64,000 nt of DNA from Okamejei kenojei (Eukaryota), in the NCBI GenBank assembly GCA_035221665.1, contig CM069152.1, positions 20,584,001-20,648,000 of the forward strand. The letters run 5' to 3'. The first letter of the stretch is position 1. Each line of letters opens with the position of its first letter. The notes under the pieces were generated by a model. The model searched no databases. It was given only the letters and a program-made list of their open reading frames with translations, and was not told where the DNA came from. Both the position numbers and the translations under genes were made by a program. This document shows, in pieces, positions 1 to 12,167 of this stretch.

Positions 1-1178
1 AGTGCATGACTTTGCTATGCGGTACTCCATCTGCCCCTCCACCTATCTTTGTATCATTTGCAAACGCCCACAAAGCCATCAATTCCATTATCCAAATCTT
101 TAACATATAACGTGAAAAGTAGTGGACTCAACAATGACCCCTGACAAACACCAATGGTAAATGGCAGTAAAACCAGAAAACCCCCCTTTATTCCCACCCT
201 TTGCCTTCTGCCAGTCAGCCAATCTTCTATCCATACGAGTGCCTTGCCTCTAATAGCATGGGCTCCTATCTGGTTTAGCAGCTTCACGTGCGGCACCTTA
301 TGAAAGGTCTTCTGAAAATCCAGGGAAACAATATCCACTGACTCTCCTTTGCCTATCCTGCTTGTTACTTCCTCAATGAATTCCAATAGTTTTGTCAGAC
401 AAGATCTCCACTTCACAAAACCATGCTGACTTCAATCTATTTCATCATGTGCTTCCAAGTACCCCGAAACTTCATCGTCAATAATGTACTCTAAAACACA
501 GTAGTTAGACTAATTGGTCTCTAATTTATTTTCTTTTGCCTTGATCCCTTCTTAAACAGTGGAGTTACATGTGCAATTTTCCTGTCCTCTAGATCCATTT
601 CTGACTCCAGTGATTCGTGAAAGATCACTACTAATGCCTCCACAATCTCAACAGCTACCTCATTCAGAACCCTGGGGATAGTCCATCTACTCTGGGTGAC
701 TTATCCACCTTCAGACCTTTCAGCTTCCCAAGCACCTTCTCCTCATTAATAGTGGTGACTACACTCACTTCTGCCCTGACTCTCTTAAATTTCTGGCACA
801 TTGCTGGTGTCTTCTACTGTGAAGACTGATGCAAAAAATGTATTCAGCTCATCCGCTATTAGTAATTATCCAGTATCATTTTCCAGTGGTCCAAGGTCCA
901 CTCTTGTCTCTCTTTTACTCTTTATATTTCTGAAAAAACTTTTGGTATCCTCTTTTATATTATTGGCAAGCTTACCTACATGTTTCACCTTTTCTCACCT
1001 TACTGCTTTTTTATTTGCCTTCTGTTGGTTTTTAAAAGCTGCGCAATCCTCTAACTTCCTACTAATCTTTATCATGTTACATACCTTCTCTTTTGCTTTT
1101 ATGCTATCTTTGACTTCCCTTGTCAGTTCCAGTTAACTCATTCTCTCCCTTAGAATGTTTCATCCTGTTTGGGATGTT
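1..1178 (-). mobile_element. CR1-clade (HER1-like) LINE ORF2 fragment, RT region
   Basis: ORF 54-416 reads RSCLTKLLEFIEEVT..VDIVSLDFQKTFHKVPH..WIEDWLTGRRQRVGI..GVCQGSLLSPLLFTLYVKDLD, typical CR1 RT motifs. Degenerate. Confidence 0.9.
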
Positions 1179-1184
1179 AGCTGG

Positions 1185-1775
1185 TAATCTGTTGCATCCG
1201 TGCATTTTTCTATATTCAAGGGCATGGATGGAGCTTGTCAGCTTCTCTAAGATCTGTGGCTGGTCCAGAGGCTATGGATCTCAGACCTCATTGTAAACCT
1301 TTTGAAAGTTGTAACGTGAGACCATCTTTTCCTGCTCCATGGAACAGACTCTAGATTGGAAGATAATCTCGGTGAAATGCGAGGCAAAAAGCTTTGCAGT
1401 GTTCCTCCCTCACATCCAAGCCATTGAATACAGAAGGAGATATTGCAAGGTCTTCTGGAGTTGTCTAGCTTTCTGAATCCTTTTGAGGATGAAGAACATA
1501 TTGATGTTCTCCTTGCTGTTTTCCACCAGTCAACTTTGGAGTCAAAGGGGTTTCATATTTTTCCAATATGCTCAGTCCCTCTTTTGTCCTCAACATTCTC
1601 TGGAGTCAACAGCTTTAGATTCAACTTCCACATCCCCCTGCATGTCTTCTGGTCTTCCTGTAGGTGACAGTCAACCGGAAGGAAACAAAGGTCAGAGAAA
1701 AGTACCAGTGTGACTTTGATAGATCTGACCATACCTGCCTTCGACACAAAGAAATTGTCCATCTGGCTAATCTGT
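1185..1775 (-). mobile_element. Tx1-clade (L1 superfamily) LINE ORF2 fragment, end of endonuclease and linker; inverted relative to the adjacent 3' part
   Basis: Minus-strand translations DNFFVSK..FSDLC..CRGMWKLNLKLL and LFASHFTEIIFQSRVCSMEQEKMVSRYNFQKVY resemble Tx1 ORF2 motifs. Confidence 0.75.
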
Positions 1776-1789
1776 CCATTATTGACAAC

Positions 1790-2390
1790 GTGGAATCAAG
1801 TACTGCTGGAAGATCATCATCTTGTTGAAAGACACACTTTTGTCTGCCGAAAACCCGTTGGTCTGCCAGTACACCAGGATGTCCTTACGGAAATGCTGCC
1901 GACTGCAACATTCCAGGCTGCAGGAGGATGTGCTGTTGGATGCACTCAGCCTACGTGCAGCCAGCACAAAGACTTTATGGGGACGGACGGCACGCTAAGT
2001 TCCTTCTGTCACTAGGCATTGACGGACTAAGCCTGTGCAAAAGCCACTCATCACTGACCATTTCGTATCCCCCAAAGGGAGCCACATTGTTGGCAATGGT
2101 GCTCTGTACCAATAAAGTTTTATTATTATTAATATTTAGTGTTTTCTGAGTCATTCATAACTGTCACTGTATGTGATGTTGTTACTTGTGGGCGGAGCAC
2201 CAAGGCAAATTCCTTGTATGTGAATACTTGGCCAATAAACTTATAGTTGTAGTCTGAACATGCTCAGACTACTATATGGAACCTGTAACACAATGGATGT
2301 GTAAAAACTGAATTATGTTGTGAATGAAAGCCTTTTTTGTAATCTTTGTTTATACTTTTATGAATAAAGTTTATATATGAAATAAAAAAA
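1790..2390 (+). mobile_element. Tx1-clade LINE 3' end (ORF2 C-terminus, 3'UTR, poly-A)
   Basis: Plus frame from ~1801: YCWKIIILLKDTLLSAENPLVCQYTRMSLRKCCRLQHSRLQEDVLLDALSLRAASTKTLWGRTAR*. Ends ..gaataaagtttatatatgaaataaaaaaa at 2390. Confidence 0.75.
2110..2245 (+). mobile_element. Short LINE 3'-UTR fragment (probably Rex1/Babar type) nested in the Tx1 3'UTR
   Basis: Ends ..caaggcaaattccttgtatgtgaatacttggccaataaac, a tail architecture resembling other Rex/Babar-type ends in the window. Confidence 0.45.
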
Positions 2391-3639
2391 CATATCCAGT
2401 TCACTGTGATTTTTCCTGAATTAAAACACAAAAATGCAAAAGCGATTTAAAAAAGAAACATTTGGTATGGAACTGATTTACCATGTCTGAACTCAACCTT
2501 CCATCTTCATTAAGTTGCAAATCTTAGTGAGGAAGGACCACTATCTAAGGTCTTGCTGCCACTGGAGACTGAGGGGCTGGTTTTGTATAACAGCCTCTCA
2601 AACACTTTACTGTACCAATGGTTACCAGTGAAACATTAGTGATGTAAATGCATTGCATGGAAATGTAGTGAATTCTTGGTACTGTGAATGCAGATAATTA
2701 CATCCCAATTGTATTTACTGAATATATTATGAGCAGAGTACATTTTTGAAAGGATGTAATTGTATCAATTTACTTTACCCACCTGAAAATGTTCAACAAA
2801 CTTGTAACTTAAATGTTAAGGTAGTGCAGTAGTGCAGTTTGAATAGCCAATAGTTCAAGCCTTTGAAGTCCAGCAGCTGTTTTGATATTCCAGTCTTGTA
2901 TCAATTTGAGTTTCACACATTAATAGTTGAATAATAAAACATAAAATTATGACATTTTTGAAATAAAGGTGTTTATAAATCCTCACAAGGATCCAATCAA
3001 GAGAAAGATTACGAGCATATCAAATGACTATGCAGCTTCCATTATTGATACATTTTTCTGCCCGGTAATAAAATAATCTACTTCCGTGCAACCAGCCAAA
3101 TCTCAAACTACTTTCTTCCCAATTTATGAGGACAAATGATGGAAAGACATGCTCCGGTTCAGGCCCCAAGATACACAAATGCAAGTTTTACCCAATAAAG
3201 AGTTGATGAAGCCTACTCTTGCTGATCAGGGCCCTCCATTTACACGTGTTCTTGCCAACTTTTCAATTTTTGTTAATAAACTATTCCAATGAACTAGTGC
3301 CTCCTGTATAATCATTAACAGATATGAACATCTGGACGGTTCTCTCATTCCTTTCCAAATTTTTTTTCATCAGTCCCATAAAATTGGCCTGGATGTGCAT
3401 AGTGAGTAGTGTGTTAGCCTACATCACTTTTCATGAAAAACTTAATTCAAGCGTTTAATATATTTTCCCCTTTCAGACGTCAATGGAAGCATCACATTCT
3501 ATTTTTATTTCCTATTGTTACAATGCATATTTGTTTAAGCCAAATACATTCATTTTAAATCAGAGTATTTTCTTGGGAACTTAAATGGCCTTGGAATCTC
3601 TACTGCCCTCAGACTCTTTCCTCTACCTGTTTTTAACAT

Positions 3640-3940
3640 CATTCAATGCCTATACCATCAGACTCAGGAACAGGTTCTCCCCCTCTGTTATCAGGCTTCT
3701 GAATGGTCCTTCCATAAGCAAGGGTTCTGTCCAATTCATCTCTATCACATTGCAGACTTTGGGCTTTGTCTCTGGAACTGGTGCACTACAATGCTAAGAA
3801 CTATATTATGCACTCTGCATCTCCCCCTTTGCTCTACCTATTGTACTTGCTTGATTATATTTATGTAGTTATCTGATTTGATTAAACAGCATATTTCAGC
3901 ATACCTCAATGCACTTGACAATAATACATCTAAACCTATA
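3640..3940 (+). mobile_element. Rex1/Babar-type LINE 3' end
   Basis: Encodes ..YTIRLRNRFSPSVIRLLN (family C-terminal motif RTTRLRNSFFP.VIRLLN), followed by 3'UTR ending ..tgacaataat. Confidence 0.75.
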
Positions 3941-5429
3941 CAATGGAAAAAGCTCATATCGTCTGGTTATGCACCAACCCTCCAAATGGTAGATAGTATC
4001 CTCAGCTCCTTTATCAATGGCTTTTCTTCCATCACAAGATCAGAAATGGGTATGCTTGTTTTTAACTGTACACGTGTTCACTTCCATCACAACCTGTCGG
4101 CAAACAAGGTGGCCTATGTCCATGTACACCAAGACTTTGATTAGCTTTTTCTTTATAAAAACCCAATAATATGAATATTTTGCAAACCCCAAAACAAGAA
4201 TTCCGATAATTTACCAACGAAAATGTCATATTACAATTGTGCTCTTGTGGAACATATTGCACAGAATTCAGTCCCATAGTTGTTTAGTTCCCAGAGAATA
4301 TGAGATATGGGATTTTGGTGAGTGAGGGAATTTTAGGGGTTGAAAATCTTTCCAGAGTTTAATTAGGTTTTTCAGTTATCATTTAACTCACTTGAGACCT
4401 TAAATTAATATTTCTTTCATTCTGTTAATCAGTGGCAAAAAGCTACTTGCTTGTAGATATTACACTGTTAACATGGTGACTCAGTCATTGACATCTGATG
4501 CACATCATGATGAAGTTCAGGACTGTAATGTTAGGACCCTCATGGGCAACCCCCGAAACCACATATCAAATGTCACTGCTTTCCCAGCATAGGGATTCAG
4601 ATATCCCCACATTGACATTGTTGTTGGAAATGGCTGCATTAAAGAGCAAGGCAGTGATACACCTCCCTCTTGATGGGCAAACCAGAACAGGAAGATTGTT
4701 TTCATGGTAGTGGATTTCACCATAATGAAGTAATCTGGTGTCACAGTGACTTCTCCAGAAGGCTAAGCAAATATGTCACAACTCTCTGGTTCACTCCAAC
4801 ATGAAACCAGTATGCCACAGCCATCAATGCAACATTGGTGAGGTTGCAGTGATTTCTACTATCACTGTTTTCAGAACATGAGAATTTCAATGCGAGAGTA
4901 CGAAAGGACACAAACGTCTACAAGGTTCAACTGCAAAGAAAGTGAGAAAGTAACTCCAATACAGTCTTGATAAAGCACTGATAACTGAACCTTGCCATAA
5001 TCAATGCCTGTTTCATCAGAGAGAACAGGACAGAGACTTAATGACAATGCCCTGAATCCAGGTATTTATTAAACCTAGTCATCAACCGAGTACAAGATTA
5101 TAAGGGTGTATACGTCTCTGGCAACATCACAGATGATGTGACTATTGCCTGATCATTTGAGATATCATCATCCACACTGGTCCCAAAATCATCTGCAGCA
5201 ATAGGACATTGAAGGTCTCAAAGCATGCTCTGCTCAACCAGTGCCTCACAAGCAACCTGGCAACTGCAGACCAACAGCATAGATACAGTGCCCAAACTGC
5301 CCTGATGTTAACAATATTGAGAATCTTGGGTTCTGTACTAGAAAAGAGCAGAGCTGGTTTGATAAGTATTTGATACCAAAGTAAATTGCTTCCCAAATGA
5401 AAATTAATCATTTCTCAAAGGAAGTAGTG

Positions 5430-6391
5430 GGTCGGTGGGGGGCGCTGCGTCGGCTGCCCTGCCAGCAGCATGTTCATAATTTTCTACTTTTTTGGGGTTT
5501 TTTAGTGTGTCCGAATGTTTGTTTTAGTGTCTCCTTGTTATGGGGGGTGGTGAGGGGGGGTGGTGAGGGGGGGTAAGGGGGGGAACCGCTTTCAGTCGCC
5601 TCCTCCACGGAGAGGTGACTTTTTCCGTCGTCTCCCTTGTGGTCTAACACCATGGATTGGTGCGGCCTTTCCGGGAGTCGGGCCCAGAGTTTCAGCAGCG
5701 GACGCAGCGTGGATTCTTCATCACAGAGCGGGCGAGCCCTTGCCGGGGTCGCCAGTAGGGAGTGCTCCAATCACTGGCCCGCAGACTGTTACAGCCTGAA
5801 GCCATGGTCTGCGGAGATTCTAGCCGCGGGCATGGCGTCCGGAGCCTGGGATCCCTCGCTGGGGATCGTTGGAGAAGAGCTCCGACCGCTGATCCGCAGC
5901 CGATAACATCCTGAAGCCGCGGTCTGCGGAGCTTCTAGCCGCAGGCGCGGCGTGGATTTCCAATCTGGAGCCTGGGTTCCCTCGCCGGGGAAGAGCTCTG
6001 ACCGCCGGCCTGGGGCCAATAACATCCTGAAGCTGCGACCTCCAGTAGGAAAGCGCCGATTCGGGACCTCCAAGCCGCAGAGTGTGTTCGACCGTCCCGA
6101 CGTCGGAGTTTCAACCATCCTGACGAGAGGGCCTTTCCCGACGAGAGGGCTGTAGCGGCAACTATGGAGGTTTACGGCCCCGACCACGGGTGAACAATTG
6201 AGGAGGACTGACTGTACTTTGTGCCATCTACCACAGTGAAGAATGCTGTGGTGGATGTTTGTGTTTAATTTTATTGTGTGTGTATATTGTGTGTGGTTTT
6301 TTTTATTGTACCGCTGCTGGCAAATTCATCTCACTGCACTTATATGTGTATGTGATGAATAAAACTGATTGATTGATTGATTGATTGATTG
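5430..6391 (+). mobile_element. GC/CpG-rich composite non-autonomous retroposon with ~116-bp internal tandem units and (GATT)n tail
   Basis: cctgaag-anchored units at 5795, 5910 and 6026. LINE-like 3'UTR (gctgctggcaaattcatctcactgcac..gtgatgaataaaa) followed by a (gatt)n run to 6391. Confidence 0.7.
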
Positions 6392-9300
6392 AGAGCAGTT
6401 TTACAAGTATTTGGAGACAGAGGTCAATTAATAAAATGACCTAAAGAAGACATGGTGAATAGAAAGATCAAGATATACTACATGTGGATTCCTCAGTACT
6501 ATCAATGGCTCAAACAACCAAAGCACCACAAGATTTAAGGTAACTTGGAGAAGGATCAGTGGAGAGAATTGTTTTAATGCAAACTGTGGTAGAATTTGGG
6601 AACTTACTGATTAAAACGCTTGTTCAGGTAGAATATATCATCACATTTACAATAGACCCTGATATATACACGAGGAACTGCCCAGAGCCGAGGACCAAGT
6701 GCTGGAATATAGGAATATGTTGGGAATACCCTTTCTCGCATGATACGGACATGATGGCAAATTTGCCTCTTTCTGTATACCAGGGTTTTCTGTGATTTTT
6801 CTGAGTCAGGGATTACAATGTGACAAGCAACACTTCTGTAGTACAAGAGAGAATGTCTGAGTATCTAACACCGACTTTTAATATAGTCATATTTTAGTCC
6901 TTCAGCACCAACCAGAAATACAACGGAATCAGACACAACCAGCAGAATGGGCAAACCAACATCAGGGGGACTGCTGGGTTTAAGGCAGTGGCTGGTATTA
7001 CCATTTCCAGGTGATTAGAGATGGGTTTTAAATAATGTCCCCACCTGCAAAAACATCCCATAAACAAAGAAAAAAGTCTGCTCCAATTTAACTTATGTTG
7101 TGCTGTTTATTTGCATGTCCTTGATGAATCATTCATTACTGAGACTCAAAAAAACGACATTGGAGTATATTCTTTAATTTCACACACATTTATTCTTAAA
7201 CCTCTAATCTAATTCTTTATCACACTTTGTTCAAAGTTTACTTTGTGTGTGGGATAGAGTTTGGCTATTCTACTGATTCACAATTCTGTGCAGGGGTTAG
7301 CAGAGAGAAGATAAATCTGAATCTCTAATCTTGTTAATTGAATTTTGATTACATGTGGCACTTTTCAAAGATCTACATCAGGCTTCTCAACAAAAATCAA
7401 TTGCATTTAATACAATGATTTTGTGACTTTCTAATGTAATTGTAGGATCTAGGGCAGATATCTGTACTTCCCAAACAAATGTGCAGAGTTGATTAATTTT
7501 GACTTTTGCCATTCCTCATCTAAATGTGCTTTTAAATGCCAGGATAGAATCAGAGATTCCATGCATATCTTTTTCCATCCAAAATCAGAGGCATTTTTTC
7601 ATGGGTAGTACCGTTAATTTGGCCTAGCTTACTACACAACTCCTCCAATTGTCAGTGTAACAGTACCTTTGGCAAGGTGCTTTCGATTAGAAATGTTGCA
7701 CAGAATCAAAAGTAACTAACTTAAGAAGGAATATTTAAAAAATCATTACACCGTTGGTACATATTTAATATTTGGGAGGAAAACTTAATGAAGGATGATA
7801 TGACTGAAATACTCCCGTAGTCATTCCATTCACAATAATGCACACGTCTAATTTAAAGTACAGGCTGCCAACACATTTATTGAATAATATTACTTTCTCA
7901 AAGATATAAAGGTTGCTCTGAATTAGTCAGCAGTTAAGCAATGATTTATAAATCACTATTTATAGCAAGAATGTGCAAGAACTGCTTTAATAGCAATTCC
8001 TAGTCGCCTTGGATTTAAACCATCATCAAGCAAATTACAGCAAGAGGTAAATCTATATTGCAGGCTTGATTGCAGTGCGCTTCCTTCCCTGACACGTGGT
8101 TCACACAGTGACCCTCCATGCAATACGTCAAGGCACTTCAGACTGTAGCAGAAATTGCAGAATCTCCAATGCAATTCTGCCCAGTTGTTCTCTTTATAAA
8201 CTCCCAAAGGAATCACAGAACTGCTGCAGCACAGAAGGAAACCACATGGCCCATTGAACCCTGATGAAATAAGATGAAAGGTTGACTGATGAAATGACTC
8301 ATCTTGTTTGCTCATACTTGTTCCAAACCACAACCATGCATAGTGGCCACATCATGCAGAATGAAAAATGTACAGCTACTTTTATAATGGTGCTTGCATA
8401 GGTCACATTCGGGGAATGTGACATCCATAACATGATACTCGACAAGAGAATATTAAACCCTGCTCTGTTATTCTGATGATAGATTGCAGATTTGGCATAT
8501 TTATGGATAGGGTTATTGAATTCAGCAGTGCAGACACCGGCAGCCTATTGTCTATTGGTATTGATGCTTGCTCACAAGTTGTAAGTGGGACATGATCTAT
8601 TTTATGGTTGTCTATTTACTCAGCAAAAGAAACAATAGTCGTTTGCAGACTATTTAAAGAATCTTCAGCATATATGAATTAAACCCCATAAGATAAAAGC
8701 AGAATTATTCCTTGAGCAAAATATGGTGAATTGTGTAATCAAATAAACTGACCTATGAGTATGTTATCCAGCCCATCAGACTTTGAGAGCCATTGAAGAG
8801 CCGACAGCTTAATCCCATTTCACAGCCTATGGTTTGTATGCTTTGGCACCTCACTGGCTAGAGTCCAAGTTCCATCTGTTCATTTACACATCTCAATAAC
8901 CCACCATTTCCAATGCATTCTCATGGCTTCCTTGCCCCACTCAAATGCATTAGCTCACATACCTCCGAACAGAATTCCATTTGTCATGTTTCTGGTCACC
9001 TAATCAGGGCTCGGGGGAAAATTATGTACATAAAATAATTTCAAGTCACTTAAGAATGCTACCTCCAGGCATGAACAGCTGGATATTACTTGATAATCTC
9101 AATTCTAACCATGTCTTAATCTCACAAATACGCAGGCCTTAAATTTGACTCTGGGAACTGAATCATAAAAGGATTTGAGTAAACTACTTATTCAACCTGC
9201 AAGTTTGCCACATGCACTGTTAGTTAGTATTGACTATTAGAGTTTAACCTGATCAACTTTCTCAGATTAGTCTCAGAGGACTTATTCCCAAGCATTCACG

Positions 9301-9489
9301 AAGCTCGGCCCTTTCGGCTTAAATATAAACTTCTATTCAAAATGTGACAATACATCTTTCACATTAACAACAAATGGCCTTTGTTTGAATGATTTTAATG
9401 AAAGTGTTACCATGAATATTTAACTTTTTAAAAAAATATTTTCGATTAATGTTATGATGACAATCAAATTACCTCAAAATGCTGCTAAA

Positions 9490-9550
9490 AAAACAGAGAT
9501 GCTGCATGACTCTAGCACTTGTGTCTTTTGTAAACCAGCACCTGCAGTTT
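9490..9550 (+). mobile_element. Fragment of the Penelope-associated terminal repeat
   Basis: agagatgctgcatgac..agcacttgtgtc..gtaaaccagcacctgcagtt matches the ends of the copies at 30595 and 52302. Confidence 0.6.
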
Positions 9551-9848
9551 GGGATGGCACAGTGGCACAGCTGTGGAGTTGCTGCCTTACAGCACCAGAG
9601 GCCCGGTTTCGATCCTGACCTTGGGTGTTGTCTACATGGAGTTTGTGCATTCTCCCTGTGACCTCGTGGGTTTTGTGCGGATACTGCGGTATCCTCCCAC
9701 ATTCCAAAGGCGGACATGTCTGTAGGTTAATTGCCTTCTGTAAATTGTCACCTGCGTGTAGTATACAACTAGTACACGGGTGACCGTTGTTCGGCACGGA
9801 CTCAGTGGTCTGAAGGGCCTGTCTCCACGCTGTATCTCCGAAACTACA
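9551..9848 (+). mobile_element. HE1-type tRNA-derived V-SINE, full length
   Basis: A-box (tggcacagctgtgg), B-box (ggtttcgatcc), V-domain (tggagtttgtgcattctccctgtgacc..cctcccacattccaaag), and a LINE-shared tail (gaagggcctgtctccacgctgtatctc). Confidence 0.85.
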
Positions 9849-9930
9849 GTTCCTGTTTCTACCCTAAAATCATGAATTATTTCTATTAAAACTTTTTTTA
9901 AAGCTATTGTATGCTGAAATGATAGAGTAA

Positions 9931-10233
9931 AGGCCCTGTCCCACTTTCCCGAGTTACTCACAAATTCTCCCAAGTTTTCCCCTTGCTTCAAACTCGGAGA
10001 ATTACGGTAATAGCCAGCCATAGGTACTTCGGGGCTTTTTTTTACTTGTATACATTTTTCAACATGCTGAAAAAGCGTCCCCCGAGTACCTGAGGTTGGC
10101 AGTACGAGCCACTACGAAATATCTACGGACACCTACGGCCTACTACGGATTTGCTACGGACATTCTACGAGTTTGAAGCAAGGGGAAAACTCGGTAGAAT
10201 TCGTGAGTAACTCGGGAAAGTGGGTCAGGGCTT
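9931..10233. mobile_element. PIF/Harbinger-type MITE
   Basis: Imperfect TIRs of ~65 bp (aggccctgtcccactttcccgagttactcac.. / ..gtgagtaactcgggaaagtgggtcagggctt). TAA on both flanks (9928-9930, 10234-10236). Internal ctacgg repeats. Confidence 0.85.
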
Positions 10234-10252
10234 TAAGACTCCTGTGAGATAA

Positions 10253-10982
10253 TCAGAGTCATACGGCATGGAAATGGGCCCTTCGGCCCACCCACGCCGA
10301 CCAAGATGCCTCATCTACACGAGTCCTACCTACCTGCATTTGGCCCATAACCTTCTAAACTTTTCCTACCCATGTATCTGTCTAAATGTCTTTTAAATTA
10401 TGTGAAAGTACCTGCCTCAAGTTCGTGCCATATACCCTTTTTTGAAAAGGTTGTCCCTCAGGTTCCTATTAAATCTTTCCCTTCTCACCTTAAGTATAAT
10501 CATGTAAAATACTTCGTGCATTTATCCGCTCTGTTCCCGTCATGATCTTATGTATCTCTATGAGATCACAAATCATCCTCCTGCGCTCCAAGAAATAAAG
10601 TCCTAGCCTGCTCAACCTCTCCATATAGCACAGACCCTCAAGTGCTGGCAGCATCCTGATAAATCCTCTCAGCTTAACATCTTTCCTATAACAGGACCAA
10701 GATGGAACATAATACTCCAAATGTGGGCTCACCAATGTTTTGTACAACTGTAATATAACATGCCAACTTCTATACTCCATATTCTAACTGATGAAGGCCA
10801 ATGTTGTGAAAGCTTTCTTGACAGTGGTTATGGGGAGAAGGCATGAGAATGGGGGTAGGAGGGAGAGATAGATCAGCCATGATGGAGTGGAGTGGAGTGG
10901 AGACTTGATGGGACAAATGGCCTAATTCTGCTCCTATCACTTATGACCTCCCTATCTACCTGTGACATCACTTTCAAGGAAA
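10253..10982 (-). mobile_element. HER1/CR1 LINE 3' fragment, interrupted by a nested tail at ~10823-10950
   Basis: ORF 10490-10780 reads EYRSWHVILQLYKTLVSPHLEYYV..RLGLYFLERRRM. HE1-shared tail at the left end. Confidence 0.85.
10823..10950 (+). mobile_element. Heavily 5'-truncated CR1 3' tail nested in an older LINE
   Basis: ggttatggggagaaggcatgagaatgggg..gatagatcagccatgat..ctgctcctatcacttatgacct, the same tail as at 31675 and 60103. The host LINE resumes at ccctatctacc. Confidence 0.8.
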
Positions 10983-11033
10983 TTTCTTTCAATTACCCCA
11001 CATGGTTAGTGGGTTCAGTTGCAACAGTCCTTT

Positions 11034-11963
11034 ACAATAGACAATAGACAATAGGTGCAGGAGGAGGCCATTTGGCCCTTCAAGCCAGCACCGCCATTCA
11101 ATGTGATCATGGCTGATCATCCACAATTAGTACCCCGTTCCTGCCTTCTCTCCATATCCCCTGACTCCGCTATTTTTAAGAGCCCTACCTAGCTCTCTCA
11201 TGAAAGCATCCAGAGAACTTGCCTCCACTGCCCTCTGAGGCAGAGAATTCCACACACTCACAACTCTCTGTGAGAAAAAGTGTTTCCTAATCTCCGTTCT
11301 AAATGGTTTACTCCTTATTCTTAAACTGTGGCCCTTGGTTCTGGACTCCCCCAACATCGGGAACATGTTTCCTACCTCTAGCGTGTCCAAACCCTTAATC
11401 TTATATGTTTCAATGAGATTCCCTCTCATCCTTCTAAACTCCAGAGTGTACAGGCCCAGCTGCTCGATTCTCTCAGCATATGACAGACCCACCATCCCGG
11501 TAATTAACCTTGTAAACCTACGCTACACTCCCTCAATAGCAAGAATGTCCTTCCTCAAATTAGGGGACCAAAATTGCACACAATACTCCAGGTGTGGTCT
11601 TACTAGGGCTCTGTACAACTGCAGAAGGACCTCTTTGCTCCTATATTGGATTCCTCTTGTTATAAAGGCCAACATGCCATTCGCTTTCTTCACTGCCTGC
11701 TGTACCTTCATGCTTACTTTCATAGACTGATGAACAAGGACCCTCAGATCCTGTTGTACTTCCCCTTTTCCCAACTTGATGCCATTTAGATAGTAATCTG
11801 CCTTCCTGTTTTTGCTACCTCACATAACCTTGCATTTATCCGCATTAAACTTAATCTGCCATGCATCTGCCCACTCCCCCGACCTGTCCAAGTCACCCTG
11901 CATTCTCATAGCATCCTCCTCACAGTTCACACTGCTACCCAGCTTTGTGTCATCTGCAAATTT
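11034..11963 (-). mobile_element. Young CR1 LINE 3' fragment with (CTATTGT)n tail
   Basis: ORFs give KFADDTKLG..WQIKFNADKCKVM, AVKKANGMLAFITRGIQYRSKEVLLQLYRALVRPHLEYCVQFWSP and LGLYTLEFRRMRG..WNSLPQRAVEA. (acaatag)x3 at the left end. Confidence 0.92.
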
Positions 11964-12050
11964 GTGTGTGTGTGTGACACGCCGCAGGCCTCCCCCCCCC
12001 CCCCCCCCGCCCGCAACCACGCGTTGAGGGGACGGACCCTTGGTCTTGTT
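11964..12050 (+). mobile_element. Possible degenerate Helitron-like 3' terminus (GT repeat, poly-C, GC-rich subterminal, ..ggtcttgt)
   Basis: CpG-rich gcaaccacgcgttgaggggacggacccttggtcttgt. The end resembles a CTAG|T terminus with one mismatch, and the hairpin is incomplete. Confidence 0.3.
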
Positions 12051-12167
12051 AAATATTAAAATCAAAAGATATCCATTAATAATTTTACTTATCCTGATTA
12101 ATTTATACAATTAGTATGACTTGCCTTGTTTATGAGGAAACATTTCATGCCACTGCTTTTATTAAAA

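Noticed and set aside
4480-5410. Short ORFs and possible old LINE remnants
   Set aside because: No convincing motif, so left unannotated.
5474-6187. Overlapping GC-rich ORFs as a gene, or the ~116-bp units as a CRISPR-like array
   Set aside because: The ORFs reflect stop-poor GC-rich repeat DNA. The units are homologous along their whole length (no unique spacers), the context is eukaryotic, and there are no cas genes.
9551-9625. tRNA gene
   Set aside because: The A/B boxes belong to an HE1 SINE head continuous with the V-domain. No complete cloverleaf.
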